Positions 1 through 10,709 are shown, counted from the stretch's first letter. The stretch is 64,000 bases of DNA from Patescibacteria group bacterium (GCA_041649315.1 JBAZNJ010000002.1:64851-128850), one strand, 5' to 3'. A program made the numbers and translations. Notes: a model not told the origin generated them from the sequence alone.

Positions 1-68
1 ACGCTTCCGGCGTTGAGGCGCGCCGTCAGGGTCGCAGCTGCTATGGCGCGAAAAAACCTAAAAAATAA
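1..68 (+). CDS. rpsL: 30S ribosomal protein S12, C-terminal fragment (starts upstream of window)
   Basis: Frame 3 reads ASGVEARRQGRSCYGAKKPKK then TAA at 66-68. This matches the conserved S12 C-terminus, and the position directly upstream of rpsG-fusA fits. Confidence 0.8.
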   Translation, partial: ASGVEARRQGRSCYGAKKPKK

Positions 69-105
69 TCCGACTGCTTAAATTCAACTTTTAAATTAAA
101 TTTAT

Positions 106-573
106 ATGAGAGGAAAACCAGCTCCGAAAAGAGACATTGAAGGCGATTCAAAATATAACGATATCAATATCGCTAAATTTATTAATTACGTCATGGAAAG
201 CGGCAAGAAAAGCGTCGCTGAATCAATTGTTTACGACGCCTTTGAAATTTTAAAAGATAAGACGAAACAGGATCCGCGCCATATTTTTAATAAGGCGATT
301 AAGAAGGTTTCGCCGCTTGTTGAAGTGCGCGGCAAACGCGTCGGCGGCGCGAATTTTCAGGTACCGTTTCAGGTTCGCGGTGAAAGACGCTATTTTTTAG
401 CTTGTAATTGGATGATTACCGCGGCGCAAGACCGTAAGGGCAAGTCCATGGCGGAAAAATTGGCTTATGAGATTTTAGACGCTTCTAACGGTGAAGGCGC
501 GGCGGCGAAGAAGAGGGAGGCGGTGCATAAGATGGCGGAGGCCAACAAAGCCTTTGCCCATTTTGCCCGATAA
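106..573 (+). CDS. rpsG: 30S ribosomal protein S7
   Basis: 155-aa ORF with S7 hallmarks (VEVRGKRVGGANFQVP, KMAEANKAFAHFR-type C-terminus) and str-operon position. Confidence 0.97.
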   Translation: MRGKPAPKRDIEGDSKYNDINIAKFINYVMESGKKSVAESIVYDAFEILKDKTKQDPRHIFNKAIKKVSPLVEVRGKRVGGANFQVPFQVRGERRYFLACNWMITAAQDRKGKSMAEKLAYEILDASNGEGAAAKKREAVHKMAEANKAFAHFAR

Positions 574-691
574 AACTTTTATTTTTGGCGATCTCCTTCG
601 TCAGCATCGGCTTGCCTGCGCTCAACGTATGTTTAATACGTTTCGCTGGTCTCGCCTCGCTTCCTTGGATCTCATCCAAAAATAAAAGTTT
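573..691. repeat. Perfect 16-bp inverted repeat enclosing an 87-nt structured spacer between rpsG and fusA
   Basis: AAACTTTTATTTTTGG (573-588) is the exact reverse complement of CCAAAAATAAAAGTTT (676-691). An inner hairpin AACGTAT/ATACGTT lies between them. Confidence 0.55.
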
Positions 692-811
692 CCAATCAAT
701 TGTTTCAGTTTCCGCGCCTCGCTTCTTCCTCGAAATCTCTTAAAAATTAATTTATCCATTAAAATATTTTAATCTTTTAATCTTAAATTTTTAATTTTTC
801 AATATTACAAT

Positions 812-2890
812 ATGCCTCGAGACTACACTTTAGACAACATTAGAAACATTGGTATCATGGCGCACATCGACGCCGGAAAAACCACGTTCACGGAACGCGT
901 TCTTTTTTATACCGGGAAAAAACATAAGATGGGTGAAACCCATGAAGGTTCGGCTGATATGGATTGGATGGAGCAGGAAAAGGAAAGAGGAATCACGATT
1001 ACTTCAGCGGCCACGACTTGTTTTTGGAAAAATAAGAAAATCAATATTATTGATACTCCCGGGCACGTTGACTTTACGGTTGAAGTTGAGCGCTCGCTGC
1101 GTGTTTTAGACGGCGCAATCGCGGTTTTTGATGGCCAGGCTGGCGTGGAACCGCAGTCTGAGACCGTCTGGCGCCAGGCGGATAAATATAAAGTTCCTCG
1201 CTTATGTTTCGTAAATAAGATGGATAAAATGGGAGCGGATTTTTATATGAGCCTTGATTCTATCCGCAAGCGCCTTAATCCGAAAGCGGTTGCGCTTCAA
1301 TTGCCGATTGGCGCGGAAAGCGACTTATCCGGTGTTATTGATCTTCTGGCTAAGAAAGCCTATAAATTTTCCGGCGCTTTTGGGGTTAATATGGAAGAAA
1401 TTCCGGTGCCGGAGGATATGGTTGCGAAGGTTGAACAATTTCGTAATGAATTAGTGGAAAAGGCTGTGGAATGCGATGAGGCGACTATGGAAAAATATTT
1501 AGCCGGGACTGAAGTATCGGTTGAGGAATTGAAAATAGCGATTCGCAAAGGAGTGATAGCTAATGAGATTTATCCGGTTTTATGCGGTACGGCTTTACAG
1601 AATATCGGTGTTCAATTGGCTTTAGATGCGGTTGTAGAATATTTACCGTCGCCTTTGGAGGTTCCGGAAATTGAAGCAACCGATGTCCGTGATCCGGAAA
1701 AGAAAATTCTGGTGAGTGCCGATGATAGCAAACCCTTCGTCGGTTTAGCTTTTAAGATTGCGACTGATCCTTTTGTCGGTAAGCTTTGTTTTGTCCGGGT
1801 TTATCAAGGCGTTTTATCAGCCGGATCATATATTGTCAATTCTTCTAAAGGGACAAAGGAAAGAATCGGGCGTTTAGTCCGGATGCATGCTAATCATCGC
1901 GAAGAAATTAAAGAAATTTATGCCGGCGATATTGCCGCGGTTATTGGTTTGAAAAATACGACAACCGGTAATACTTTATGCGACGAGGATAACCAGATGC
2001 TTTTAGAATCAATTAATTTTCCGGAACCGGTTATTAAGATCGCGGTTGAGCCGAAAACAAAGGCCGATCAGGAAAAGATGGGTGTGGCCTTACAGCGTTT
2101 AGCCGAAGAAGATCCGACTTTCCGGGTTGAGACCGATGAAGAAACTAATCAGGTTTTGATTTCCGGCATGGGCGAGCTTCATTTGGAAATTATTGTAGAT
2201 CGGATGAAGCGGGAATTCGGCGTGGAAGCGAATGTCGGTAATCCGCAGGTTTCTTATCGGGAAACGATTACCAAGACGGCAGAAGCGGAACATAAATATG
2301 CTAAGCAATCCGGCGGCCGCGGCCAATATGGCCACTGTTCCTTGCGGGTTGAACCACTTGAAGCCGGTCAGGGTTTTGAATTTGTTGATGAGGTTAAAGG
2401 CGGAATCATTCCTAAAGAATTTATTCCGGCGATTGAAAAAGGTGTTAAGGAGGCCTTGTTATCCGGCGGCGTGGCTGGTTATCCGATGGTTGATATTAAA
2501 ACGGCGGTTTTTTACGGCTCTTATCATGAAGTTGATTCTTCAGAAGTCGCCTTTAAAATGGCGGCCATCTTCGCTTTCCGCGATGCTTGCGCTAAGGCCG
2601 GTTCGGTTTTATTGGAACCGATTATGAAAGTCGAAGTTGTTACGCCAGAAGAATATATGGGTAATATTATTGGTGATTTAAATTCCAAACGCGGCCAGAT
2701 TGAAGAAATGGTGGACCGGGCTAATGTTAAAGCGGTAAAAGCGAAAGTGCCCTTAGCGGAAATGTTCGGCTATTCGACTTCTTTAAGATCAATGAGCCAA
2801 GGCCGTGCGAGCTATGTTATGGAATTTTCTCATTACGCCGAAGTGCCGCGGAATATTTTAGAAGCGATTAAGGAGAAGAAAGGGAAGTAA
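812..2890 (+). CDS. fusA: Translation elongation factor G
   Basis: 692 aa with GTPase motifs [17 protein letters not shown] and NKMD; full-length EF-G architecture. Confidence 0.98.
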   Translation: MPRDYTLDNIRNIGIMAHIDAGKTTFTERVLFYTGKKHKMGETHEGSADMDWMEQEKERGITITSAATTCFWKNKKINIIDTPGHVDFTVEVERSLRVLDGAIAVFDGQAGVEPQSETVWRQADKYKVPRLCFVNKMDKMGADFYMSLDSIRKRLNPKAVALQLPIGAESDLSGVIDLLAKKAYKFSGAFGVNMEEIPVPEDMVAKVEQFRNELVEKAVECDEATMEKYLAGTEVSVEELKIAIRKGVIANEIYPVLCGTALQNIGVQLALDAVVEYLPSPLEVPEIEATDVRDPEKKILVSADDSKPFVGLAFKIATDPFVGKLCFVRVYQGVLSAGSYIVNSSKGTKERIGRLVRMHANHREEIKEIYAGDIAAVIGLKNTTTGNTLCDEDNQMLLESINFPEPVIKIAVEPKTKADQEKMGVALQRLAEEDPTFRVETDEETNQVLISGMGELHLEIIVDRMKREFGVEANVGNPQVSYRETITKTAEAEHKYAKQSGGRGQYGHCSLRVEPLEAGQGFEFVDEVKGGIIPKEFIPAIEKGVKEALLSGGVAGYPMVDIKTAVFYGSYHEVDSSEVAFKMAAIFAFRDACAKAGSVLLEPIMKVEVVTPEEYMGNIIGDLNSKRGQIEEMVDRANVKAVKAKVPLAEMFGYSTSLRSMSQGRASYVMEFSHYAEVPRNILEAIKEKKGK

Positions 2891-2916
2891 ATTAAAAGTT
2901 ATAACTTAATGTTGTT

Positions 2917-3321
2917 ATGTTCCCGGAACAGTTAAAAAAAATCCTAAATTTAATTAAAAAAACCGGCGATCGGGTGGTGATTTATGATAGCGCGGAATCG
3001 GATGATTCTTATGTAGTAATGGGTTTGGATTCTTATGCTAACCTTAGAAAAATAAACAATGAAGGGAAATCAGCTGAAAATTATAGCGGGAATAATGTTG
3101 TAAATTTAGAGGAAAAATCAGCTAAGTTATCCACAAATTCTGTCCAATCTGAAAATTTGACAGGAGAAGATTTAACTGATAAAATAAATCGCGAAATCTC
3201 GATGTGGAAAAATCGAGATGATTCTGGCTTTTCGACTAATGAAAATGCGCAGACTGATAAGCCCAAAAAGGGTTGGCAAATACCGGCGCAAGTGAAAGAT
3301 AAGGCCCAGGAAGTTGAGTAA
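2917..3321 (+). CDS. Hypothetical protein (134 aa) inserted between fusA and tuf
   Basis: ORF only; acidic/Ser-rich with no motif I recognise. Same strand, with tight spacing after fusA. Confidence 0.5.
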   Translation: MFPEQLKKILNLIKKTGDRVVIYDSAESDDSYVVMGLDSYANLRKINNEGKSAENYSGNNVVNLEEKSAKLSTNSVQSENLTGEDLTDKINREISMWKNRDDSGFSTNENAQTDKPKKGWQIPAQVKDKAQEVE

Positions 3322-3492
3322 TCAAGAGATTAAAAATTAAAAAATTCAAATATAAATTTTTAATTTTAAATATTAAATATTAAATTTTAAATTAATCAAG
3401 TTCGGCTGGTCTCCTGCTATAGGCCGTTAGGTCTATTAGGGAAAAACCCTGTTTCGCTAATTAGCGGAAAACGGGGGCCGTACAACAAAAAC

Positions 3493-4680
3493 ATGGCAGA
3501 AAAATTTGAACGCAACAAGCCCCATGTGAACGTCGGTACTATCGGCCACGTTGACCATGGGAAAACCACTTTAACCGCCGCGATGCTGGCTGTTTTTAAT
3601 GCTAAAGGCATGACGGCCTCCAAGAAGAACGTCGGCGAAATTGATGCCGCGCCGGAAGAGAAAGAAAGAGGTATCACGATTGCGACCGCGCACGTTGAAT
3701 ATGAATCTGAAAAGCGCCATTACGCGCATGTTGACTGTCCGGGGCACGCTGATTATGTAAAGAACATGATTACCGGCGCCGCTCAGATGGACGGTTCAAT
3801 TTTAGTCGTTTCTGCGACTGACGGTCCGATGCCGCAGACCCGCGAACACATCCTTTTAGCCCGTCAAGTCGGTGTCCCGTATATTATTGTCTTCTTGAAT
3901 AAATGCGATATGGTTGAAGACAAGGAACTTATCGATTTAGTCGAAGAAGAAATCCGCGATTTGCTTAAGAAATATGAGTTCCCGGGCGAAACCACGCCGA
4001 TTATTCGGGGTAGCGCTTTAAAGGCCTTGGAAAATCCGACTGGTCCGGACGCGGAGCCAATCATGAAATTAATGGAGACCTTGGATACGTATATTCCGGA
4101 ACCGACTAGAGATGTTGATAAGCCGTATTTAATGCCGATTGAAGATATCTTCTCGATTGAAGGCCGCGGCACGGTTGTAACCGGCCGGATCGAAAGAGGT
4201 ATTGTTAAGGTCGGCGAAGAAGTGGAAATTGTCGGTTTAATGGATACTAAGAAAACGACGGTTACCGGCGTAGAAATGTTTAATAAATCTTTAGACCAAG
4301 GACAGGCGGGCGATAATGCCGGTATCTTATTGCGCGGTACGAAAAAAGACGAAGTTGAACGCGGCCAGGTTCTCTGCAAGCCGGGTTCGATTACTCCGCA
4401 TACCGAATTTACCGCCGAGGTTTATGTATTATCCAAGGAAGAAGGTGGGCGCCATAAGCCGTTTTTCAATGGCTATAAGCCGCAATTCTATTTCAAGACG
4501 ACTGATGTTACCGGTGATATTACTTTGCCGGCCGGAACCGAAATGGTTATGCCTGGCGATACGATTAACTTGAATGTTAAGTTGATTGCTCCGATTGCGC
4601 TTGAAGACAAACAGAAATTCACGATTCGCGAGGGTGGCCGTACGGTCGGCGCCGGTGCGGTGACTAAGATTATAAAGTAA
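3493..4680 (+). CDS. tuf: Translation elongation factor Tu
   Basis: 395 aa with [17 protein letters not shown] and NKCD motifs. Confidence 0.99.
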   Translation: MAEKFERNKPHVNVGTIGHVDHGKTTLTAAMLAVFNAKGMTASKKNVGEIDAAPEEKERGITIATAHVEYESEKRHYAHVDCPGHADYVKNMITGAAQMDGSILVVSATDGPMPQTREHILLARQVGVPYIIVFLNKCDMVEDKELIDLVEEEIRDLLKKYEFPGETTPIIRGSALKALENPTGPDAEPIMKLMETLDTYIPEPTRDVDKPYLMPIEDIFSIEGRGTVVTGRIERGIVKVGEEVEIVGLMDTKKTTVTGVEMFNKSLDQGQAGDNAGILLRGTKKDEVERGQVLCKPGSITPHTEFTAEVYVLSKEEGGRHKPFFNGYKPQFYFKTTDVTGDITLPAGTEMVMPGDTINLNVKLIAPIALEDKQKFTIREGGRTVGAGAVTKIIK

Positions 4681-4688
4681 GCACTTTG

Positions 4689-4713
4689 CCCCGCTCTTTC
4701 TAAAAGGGCGGGG
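4689..4713 (+). terminator. GC-rich hairpin after tuf (weak terminator, no clean T-run)
   Basis: CCCCGC...GCGGGG stem immediately after the tuf stop codon. Confidence 0.35.
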
Positions 4714-4740
4714 TTGTAGTGTATATTTTAAATAATAATT

Positions 4741-5076
4741 ATGTCCGAAAACAAAAAAGACGAAAAAGAATACAAACAGAGGATCAGAATTAAGATCAAA
4801 GCTTTTGATCATAAGATCATTGATCAATCAACAAAAACGATCGTGGAAACTATCGGGCGCAGTGATGCGAATTTTTTCGGTCCGATCCCGTTGCCGACCG
4901 AGAAGCGTAAATATACTATAAATCGTTCGACTTTTGTCCATAAAGACGCGCGCGACCAATACGAGATGCGTATCCATAAGCGGATGATTGATATTATTGA
5001 TCCGACGGCTAAAACTATTGAAGATTTAACGAATTTAAGTTTACCGGCTGGGGTTGACGTGGAAATAAAAATGTAG
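4741..5076 (+). CDS. rpsJ: 30S ribosomal protein S10
   Basis: 111 aa; [18 protein letters not shown] ... PLPTEK match the S10 core. Confidence 0.97.
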   Translation: MSENKKDEKEYKQRIRIKIKAFDHKIIDQSTKTIVETIGRSDANFFGPIPLPTEKRKYTINRSTFVHKDARDQYEMRIHKRMIDIIDPTAKTIEDLTNLSLPAGVDVEIKM

Positions 5077-5233
5077 TAGGATAAAAAAGTGATAATTAAA
5101 TAGCTTATGCTCGTTCGGATAACTCTGTATTTAGAAAGTGTCCAAGCGAAAATTAGCTAAAATTAGGAGGTAAGTCAGTTAGACAAGCAAAATATAAAAA
5201 TAAATTGAATTTTTTATTTTTCTTTTGTTTTCA

Positions 5234-5265
5234 GCTGGTTTATCAAAACCAGTTTTTGTTTTTAA
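5234..5265 (+). terminator. Terminator-like hairpin plus T-run 6 nt upstream of the rplC start (possible attenuator)
   Basis: GCTGGTTT-atca-AAACCAG followed by TTTTTGTTTTT. Confidence 0.45.
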
Positions 5266-5270
5266 ACCTT

Positions 5271-6167
5271 ATGAAATGCATTTTAGGAAAAAAAATGAGC
5301 ATGACCCAGATCTGGGTTGATGATAAAGTTGTTGGCGTAACTCCGCTTATGGCCGGCCCTTGTGTTATTACTCAGGTTAAGAATAAAGAAAAAGACGGAT
5401 ATGAAGCTTTACAGTTGGCTTATGGCGAACGTAAAGAAAAAAACATTAAGAAGCCCCAACGCGGCCATTTTAAAAAAACCGAAGTTAAGCCGGCTCATGT
5501 GCGGGAATTTCGTTTGGAAAAAGCGATTGATTTTAAGATTGGCGATGTCGTGAGCGTGGAGGCTTTCGCCGTCGGAGAAGTAGTGAGCGCGACCGGTGTT
5601 TCTAAGGGGCGCGGCTTCCAGGGTGTAGTTAAACGTCATCATTTTCATGGTTTTCGAAAAACGCATGGTAATAAAGATCAAGAAAGAATGCCTGGTTCAA
5701 TCGGCCCGAAAGGCCCGGCTCATGTTTTCAAGGGTACACGCATGGGCGGACGGATGGGCGGCGATCGGGTGACGGTGACCAATTTAAAAATCGTAGCGAT
5801 TGACGCCGAAAAGAATATTTTGTTTGTGTCCGGCGCTTTGCCGGGCGCGCTTAATTCTTTAGTGATTATAAAGAATGAGGGTGAATTACAGGTTAATTTA
5901 AAGAAGAACGCGACCGTATCGAACGAGGAGGCGAAAATGGAAACTTCTAATGAAGAAATAAAAACCGAGGTTTCGATTGAAGAAAATAAATCCGAAGAAG
6001 TAAAAGTCGAAGTTCCGGCTGAAGAAGTTAAAGAGGAGGCTAAAGCTCCGGGAGCTAAAGCGGAAGTTAAGGATGAAGTTAAAGAAACCGCTTCGGCCGA
6101 AGAAGTCAAGGACGCTTCGGTTGGGGAGACTAAAGCAGAAGAAGCTAAAACGGAAACAAATTCATAA
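5271..6167 (+). CDS. rplC: 50S ribosomal protein L3 with a ~94-aa E/K/V-rich C-terminal extension
   Basis: MKCILGKKMSMTQIW is the canonical L3 N-terminus, so I start at ATG 5271 rather than the track's TTG at 5205. The conserved core ends near aa 204. Confidence 0.95.
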   Translation: MKCILGKKMSMTQIWVDDKVVGVTPLMAGPCVITQVKNKEKDGYEALQLAYGERKEKNIKKPQRGHFKKTEVKPAHVREFRLEKAIDFKIGDVVSVEAFAVGEVVSATGVSKGRGFQGVVKRHHFHGFRKTHGNKDQERMPGSIGPKGPAHVFKGTRMGGRMGGDRVTVTNLKIVAIDAEKNILFVSGALPGALNSLVIIKNEGELQVNLKKNATVSNEEAKMETSNEEIKTEVSIEENKSEEVKVEVPAEEVKEEAKAPGAKAEVKDEVKETASAEEVKDASVGETKAEEAKTETNS

Positions 6168-6172
6168 ATTAT

Positions 6173-6835
6173 ATGCCATTAAGCGTTAAAGTATACAATC
6201 AAAAAGCAGAGGCGGTTAAAGATCTGAATTTACCGGAAAAGATTTTTGGCGTTAAGCCGAATAATGAATTATTGCATCAGGCGGTTATTACTCAGCAAGC
6301 CAACGCTCGCCAGGTTTTAGCGCATACTAAAGATCGAAGTGAGGTGAGGGGCGGTGGCAAAAAACCCTGGAAACAGAAAGGCACGGGTCGGGCACGCGTC
6401 GGCTCTAGCCGTTCGCCGATTTGGATTGGCGGGGGCGTGACTTTTGGTCCGCGAAAGGAACGAAATTTTAAAAAAGATATTAATCAAAAGATGAAGCAGA
6501 AGGCCTTATTTATGGCTTTATCCGATAAAGTAGCGACTTCTTCTTTAGTAGTTTTGGATAAATTGGAGTGTGCCGAATATAAAACTAAAAAATTTAACGA
6601 AATAATGACGGTCTTAGAAAAAAAGGTTTTAAATAACAATCGGCGCGATATTTTGGTTGTTAACGATGTTAAAGACGAAAAGACTCGCAATTCCGGAAGA
6701 AATTTAGCCGGAGTAAAGTTGATTAACCTGGAAAATATTAATTTATTGGAAATTTTAAATCATAAGAATCTTTTATTAACGGAAAAGGCCGTGGAGATTT
6801 TAAGCGGTCGTTATAGCAAGGAAGCCAAGAAATAA
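6173..6835 (+). CDS. rplD: 50S ribosomal protein L4
   Basis: 220 aa; RGGGKKPWKQKGTGRAR motif and S10-operon order. Confidence 0.95.
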   Translation: MPLSVKVYNQKAEAVKDLNLPEKIFGVKPNNELLHQAVITQQANARQVLAHTKDRSEVRGGGKKPWKQKGTGRARVGSSRSPIWIGGGVTFGPRKERNFKKDINQKMKQKALFMALSDKVATSSLVVLDKLECAEYKTKKFNEIMTVLEKKVLNNNRRDILVVNDVKDEKTRNSGRNLAGVKLINLENINLLEILNHKNLLLTEKAVEILSGRYSKEAKK

Positions 6836-6847
6836 TCGCTTAAATTT

Positions 6848-7333
6848 ATGTCTTTATTTGGTAAGAAAAAAACTGACGGGGATAATAACGACTCTGTTTC
6901 TAAAAAAACTGAGGCGGAGAAAACTGTTAAAAAATCTAACGCGAAGAAGGATGTGTCCGAGGCGGTTAGCATGCGGGATTTATATAGCGAAGATAAGAAA
7001 ACGGTACGCTCAGACGGAAAGAAATCTTCCGAAAAGACCCCGTCTAATAAAAGTGCCTATCGTATTTTAGCGAAACCCTTGATTACGGAAAAAGCGACCG
7101 ACCTTAGCGCGGAAAATAAATACGTTTTTATGGTGGCCGCGGGAGCGAATAAAATAGAAATCGCTAAGGCGATTCATTCTGTTTACGGTATCAAGCCGAT
7201 TAAAGTTAATTTAATCAATATCCCGGGTAAGCGTGTTAGTCGTGGCCGGATTAGCGGACAGCGGAAAGATCGCCGTAAAGCGGTAATTACTTTGGCTAAA
7301 GGTGAGAGTATTAAGATTTACGAAGGCGTTTAA
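6848..7333 (+). CDS. rplW: 50S ribosomal protein L23 with a ~65-aa K/S-rich N-terminal extension
   Basis: The C-terminal 95 aa ([14 protein letters not shown] ... KAVITL) are L23-like; operon order fits. Confidence 0.93.
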   Translation: MSLFGKKKTDGDNNDSVSKKTEAEKTVKKSNAKKDVSEAVSMRDLYSEDKKTVRSDGKKSSEKTPSNKSAYRILAKPLITEKATDLSAENKYVFMVAAGANKIEIAKAIHSVYGIKPIKVNLINIPGKRVSRGRISGQRKDRRKAVITLAKGESIKIYEGV

Positions 7334-7362
7334 TCTTTAATTTTCAATTTTTAATTTACTAT

Positions 7363-8199
7363 ATGGGAATCAAGAAAGTAAAAGCGAATACCCCGGGACG
7401 ACGTCAAGCGACTTTTGACGATTTTAAAGATATAACTAAAAGCTCTCCGGAGAAGGCCTTGGTAATGATTAAAAAAAGACATGGCGGTCGCAATGCTCAA
7501 GGTAAAATTACTGTCCGTCATCGCGGCGGCGGCGCGAAACGCTATATCCGCTTAGTTGATTTTAAGCGGGATAAGTTTGATATTCCGGCGACGGTCGCGG
7601 CAATTGAATATGATCCGAATCGCGGCGCGCGCTTAGCACTCCTAAATTACGCTGACGGCGCGAAAAAATATATTATTGCTCCGGTTGATCTTAAAGTCGG
7701 CGAAAAAATTGTTAGTTCTAAAGAATTAGTGGAAATAAAAACCGGCAATGCTTTGCCGCTTAAATTCATTCCGGCCGGGATGCCGGTGAGTTGCGTGGAG
7801 CTGGAGCCGGGTCAGGGAGCCAAAATTGCTCGCGGGGCCGGCAATGTCGTTTATGTTATGGGCGTGGAAGGGAAGTATGCGCAGTTGAAAATGCCGTCTG
7901 GCGAAATTCGCTTGGTTAAAAAAGAATGTTTATGTACGGTTGGCAAGGTTAGTAATCCGGACCTCCGTCATGTTTCTTTAGGCAAGGCGGGCCGGATGCG
8001 CTATTTAGGTTTCCGTCCGACGGTTCGCGGTACGGCTATGAATCCGGTTGACCATCCGCACGGCGGCGGTGAAGGTAAACAATCAATTGGTTTGAAACAT
8101 CCGAAAACTCCTTGGGGCAAGCCGGCTTTGGGCGTTAAGACCCGGAAGAAACGCCGCTCTAACCGTTTGATCGTTAAAAGACGGGCAAAACGTAAATAA
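7363..8199 (+). CDS. rplB: 50S ribosomal protein L2
   Basis: 278 aa; [18 protein letters not shown] motif. Confidence 0.98.
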   Translation: MGIKKVKANTPGRRQATFDDFKDITKSSPEKALVMIKKRHGGRNAQGKITVRHRGGGAKRYIRLVDFKRDKFDIPATVAAIEYDPNRGARLALLNYADGAKKYIIAPVDLKVGEKIVSSKELVEIKTGNALPLKFIPAGMPVSCVELEPGQGAKIARGAGNVVYVMGVEGKYAQLKMPSGEIRLVKKECLCTVGKVSNPDLRHVSLGKAGRMRYLGFRPTVRGTAMNPVDHPHGGGEGKQSIGLKHPKTPWGKPALGVKTRKKRRSNRLIVKRRAKRK

Positions 8200-8252
8200 T
8201 AATCAATAAAAAATCTTTCAATTTTAAATTTTCAATGTTTAATTAGTAATAT

Positions 8253-8546
8253 ATGTCCAGAAGTTTAAAAAAGGGCCCTTACATCAATTTGCGCCTGCTT
8301 AATAAAATAAAGAATTTGAAACCGGGCGATAAGACCGTGATTAAGGTTTGGGATCGGGCGGCAACGATTACGCCGGAAATGGTCGGTTTTACTATCGGTG
8401 TCCATAACGGGAAGACCCACGTGCCGGTTTATGTGGTTGAAAATATGGTTGGGCATCGTTTGGGTGAATTTTCGCCAACGCGTAAATTTATTTCTCATGG
8501 CGGTAAGATGGCTAAGTCCCAGGCCGGAGATAAGCCGAGTAAGTAA
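8253..8546 (+). CDS. rpsS: 30S ribosomal protein S19
   Basis: [10 protein letters not shown] ... VHNGK.H.PVYV motifs. Confidence 0.97.
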   Translation: MSRSLKKGPYINLRLLNKIKNLKPGDKTVIKVWDRAATITPEMVGFTIGVHNGKTHVPVYVVENMVGHRLGEFSPTRKFISHGGKMAKSQAGDKPSK

Positions 8547-8613
8547 TTACCGGAGCTAAGTAATCAAGTAATTAATCGTCCGATAATTTTAGCGAATTAA
8601 TTAATTTATAAAT

Positions 8614-9123
8614 ATGGAAGTTAAAGCTAGTTTAAAACATTTAAGGATGTCGGCGCAAAAGATCCGCTTGGTGATCGATTTGGTCCGGGGCTTGCCGGTT
8701 GCGGCGGCGCTTGATCAGTTGCGTTTTAATAATAAGTTGGCGGCGCGGCCGGTGGCGAAGTTATTGAAATCGGCGATTGCTAATGGAGTTAATACCTATA
8801 ATTTAGCCAGCGATAATTTATATATTAAGGAAATTAAAGCTGATGAAGGCGTGACCCTGAAACGTTGGATGCCGAGGGCGCATGGACGAGCGACTTCTAT
8901 TCGTAAGCGCGCTTGCCATATTAATCTTACTTTAGCGGAGATAAAAGATAGCGGTAAAAAGGAAAAGAAAGTCGTAAAGGCCGCGGAACCGGTTAAGCTT
9001 GAGAAGTTAGCCAAGGAAGGCGAGAAAACTATGGCGAAAAATGTTGTTAAGGCGGATAAAGATAAAAATAAGAAACAAGCGGTATTAGAAAAAGCTAAGG
9101 TTTTTCGCCGCAAGTCCGGATAA
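8614..9123 (+). CDS. rplV: 50S ribosomal protein L22 with a ~55-aa K-rich C-terminal extension
   Basis: The N-terminal ~112 aa match L22 (SAQKIRLVIDLVRG ... RAHGRA); operon order fits. Confidence 0.95.
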   Translation: MEVKASLKHLRMSAQKIRLVIDLVRGLPVAAALDQLRFNNKLAARPVAKLLKSAIANGVNTYNLASDNLYIKEIKADEGVTLKRWMPRAHGRATSIRKRACHINLTLAEIKDSGKKEKKVVKAAEPVKLEKLAKEGEKTMAKNVVKADKDKNKKQAVLEKAKVFRRKSG

Positions 9124-9141
9124 ATAATAAATTTAATCTGT

Positions 9142-9822
9142 ATGGGAAAAAAAGTTAATCCGAAAATTCTACGCATGGGAATCACCAAAACTTGGCCGTC
9201 TTTATGGTTTGAAAAAGGTGATCAATATGTGAAAAATGTCAAACAGGATATCGGAATCCGCAAATATTTAATTAGAGAATTCAGAGAAGCGGGGATTGAT
9301 AAGGTAGAAATCGCTCGCGGTCTTAATAAGATAGAAATAAATATTACGACCGCTAAACCGGGTTTGATTATCGGCCGGGGCGGTAACGGGATTGAAGAAT
9401 TGAAAAAGAAACTTCATGATAATTTTCTAAAGAATTTCCGGATGAACGAGATAAATTTGAATGTAAAAGAGCTTGGCCGGGCCAATTTAAGCGCCCAGAT
9501 TACGGTTCAAAGCATGATTTTAGAAATTGAGAAACGGATGCCTTTTCGAAAAGTTATGAAGCAAACGCTTGGCCGAATTGAACGAGCTGGCGCTTTAGGT
9601 GCGAAAGTCATGGTAGCCGGTCGTTTAAACGGCGCGGAAATTGCGCGAGAAGAGAAGTTGGTTTGGGGTAAAGTTCCCTTGGCAACTTTACGGGCGGATA
9701 TTGATTACGCGCGTGGGGCCGCTCATACGACTTATGGTTTAATCGGAATCAAGGTTTGGATTTATAAAGGAGAAATTTTTGAAAAAGAAAGCGCCGGTAA
9801 AGGCGAGGTGATTGCCGAATAA
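9142..9822 (+). CDS. rpsC: 30S ribosomal protein S3
   Basis: MGKKVNPKILRMGI ... KH-domain GLIIGRGG motif. Confidence 0.97.
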   Translation: MGKKVNPKILRMGITKTWPSLWFEKGDQYVKNVKQDIGIRKYLIREFREAGIDKVEIARGLNKIEINITTAKPGLIIGRGGNGIEELKKKLHDNFLKNFRMNEINLNVKELGRANLSAQITVQSMILEIEKRMPFRKVMKQTLGRIERAGALGAKVMVAGRLNGAEIAREEKLVWGKVPLATLRADIDYARGAAHTTYGLIGIKVWIYKGEIFEKESAGKGEVIAE

Positions 9823-9843
9823 TTTTTCAATCAAAGAAAAGAT

Positions 9844-10251
9844 ATGTTAATGCCAAAGAAAACTAAATGGAGAAAAGATCATAAACGGAGCCGGGGCGGT
9901 TATGCGACCCGTCATCTTAATATTAGTTTCGGCAGTTATGGCCTGAAGAGCTTGTCGGCTTGCTGGGTTGATTCCCGCCAGATTGAGGCGGCACGCCGAG
10001 TTATGACTAAATATGTTAAGAAGGGCGGTAAGATTTGGATTCGTCTTTTTCCGGATAAGCCGGTAACGGCGCATGGTGGCGAATTGCCGATGGGTAAAGG
10101 TAAGGGTGCGGTTGACCATTATGTCGCGATTGTTAAACCGGGTATGGTGATGTTTGAGATGGAAGGCGTTGATAAGGAAACAGCGAAAAAAGCGATGATG
10201 CTGGCCGCATATAAGCTTCCGGTCAAATGCGGCTTTATTACTAAAGAATAA
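9844..10251 (+). CDS. rplP: 50S ribosomal protein L16
   Basis: MLMPKKTKWRK N-terminus and operon order. Confidence 0.97.
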   Translation: MLMPKKTKWRKDHKRSRGGYATRHLNISFGSYGLKSLSACWVDSRQIEAARRVMTKYVKKGGKIWIRLFPDKPVTAHGGELPMGKGKGAVDHYVAIVKPGMVMFEMEGVDKETAKKAMMLAAYKLPVKCGFITKE

Positions 10252-10282
10252 ATAAACGAATAGCGAATTTATTAGAAATAAT

Positions 10283-10468
10283 ATGGAATTAAAAGAATTA
10301 CAAGCCAAAGATCACGAAGAATTACGGAAGCTCCTTGAATCAAATCGGGAGAAGATGCGTGAATTGCGCTTTAAAGATTCTAATAAGCAATTGAAGAATA
10401 TCCGGGAGATCCGAGCCCTTAGGCGTTTGATTGCCCGAATTTTAACTATTTTAAATAAGAAAAAATAA
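10283..10468 (+). CDS. rpmC: 50S ribosomal protein L29
   Basis: 61-aa helical K/R/E-rich ORF in the L16-L29-S17 position. Confidence 0.9.
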   Translation: MELKELQAKDHEELRKLLESNREKMRELRFKDSNKQLKNIREIRALRRLIARILTILNKKK

Positions 10469-10469
10469 T

Positions 10470-10709
10470 ATGGCGGAAATCATCAAGCGCCGTTTCACTG
10501 GAGTAGTTGTCGGCGATAAAAATGATAAAACAATAATTGTTAAAGTCGAAACGGTCAAAAAACACCCGAAATATCAGAAACGCTACAAGGTTAGCCGGCG
10601 CTATAAGGTTCATGATGAAAATAATGAACATAAGATTGGCGATAAGGTTTCTTTTGTTGAATGCCGGCCTTTAAGCCGCGATAAAAGATGGCGGATAGTT
10701 AAGGCCTAA
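10470..10709 (+). CDS. rpsQ: 30S ribosomal protein S17
   Basis: GVVVGDKNDKTIIV ... KHPKYQK ... HDENN core motifs. Confidence 0.93.
   Translation: MAEIIKRRFTGVVVGDKNDKTIIVKVETVKKHPKYQKRYKVSRRYKVHDENNEHKIGDKVSFVECRPLSRDKRWRIVKA

Noticed and set aside
3864-4379. 171-aa ORF antisense to tuf, with similar antisense ORFs at 5720-6109, 8796-9188, 9847-10308, 44666-45187 and 54041-54592
   Set aside because: All lie fully inside strongly supported conserved genes on the other strand, and none carries a motif of its own.
5205-5270. N-terminal extensions proposed by the ORF track (rplC at 5205, ABC ATPase at 43304, MgtE at 54541, PurM-like at 61326, dnaG at 26850, M23 at 52594, PAS at 53991)
   Set aside because: The conserved protein N-termini begin at internal ATGs. 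The extensions are Phe/Leu/Asn-rich translations of AT-rich leaders and often start at TTG or GTG.
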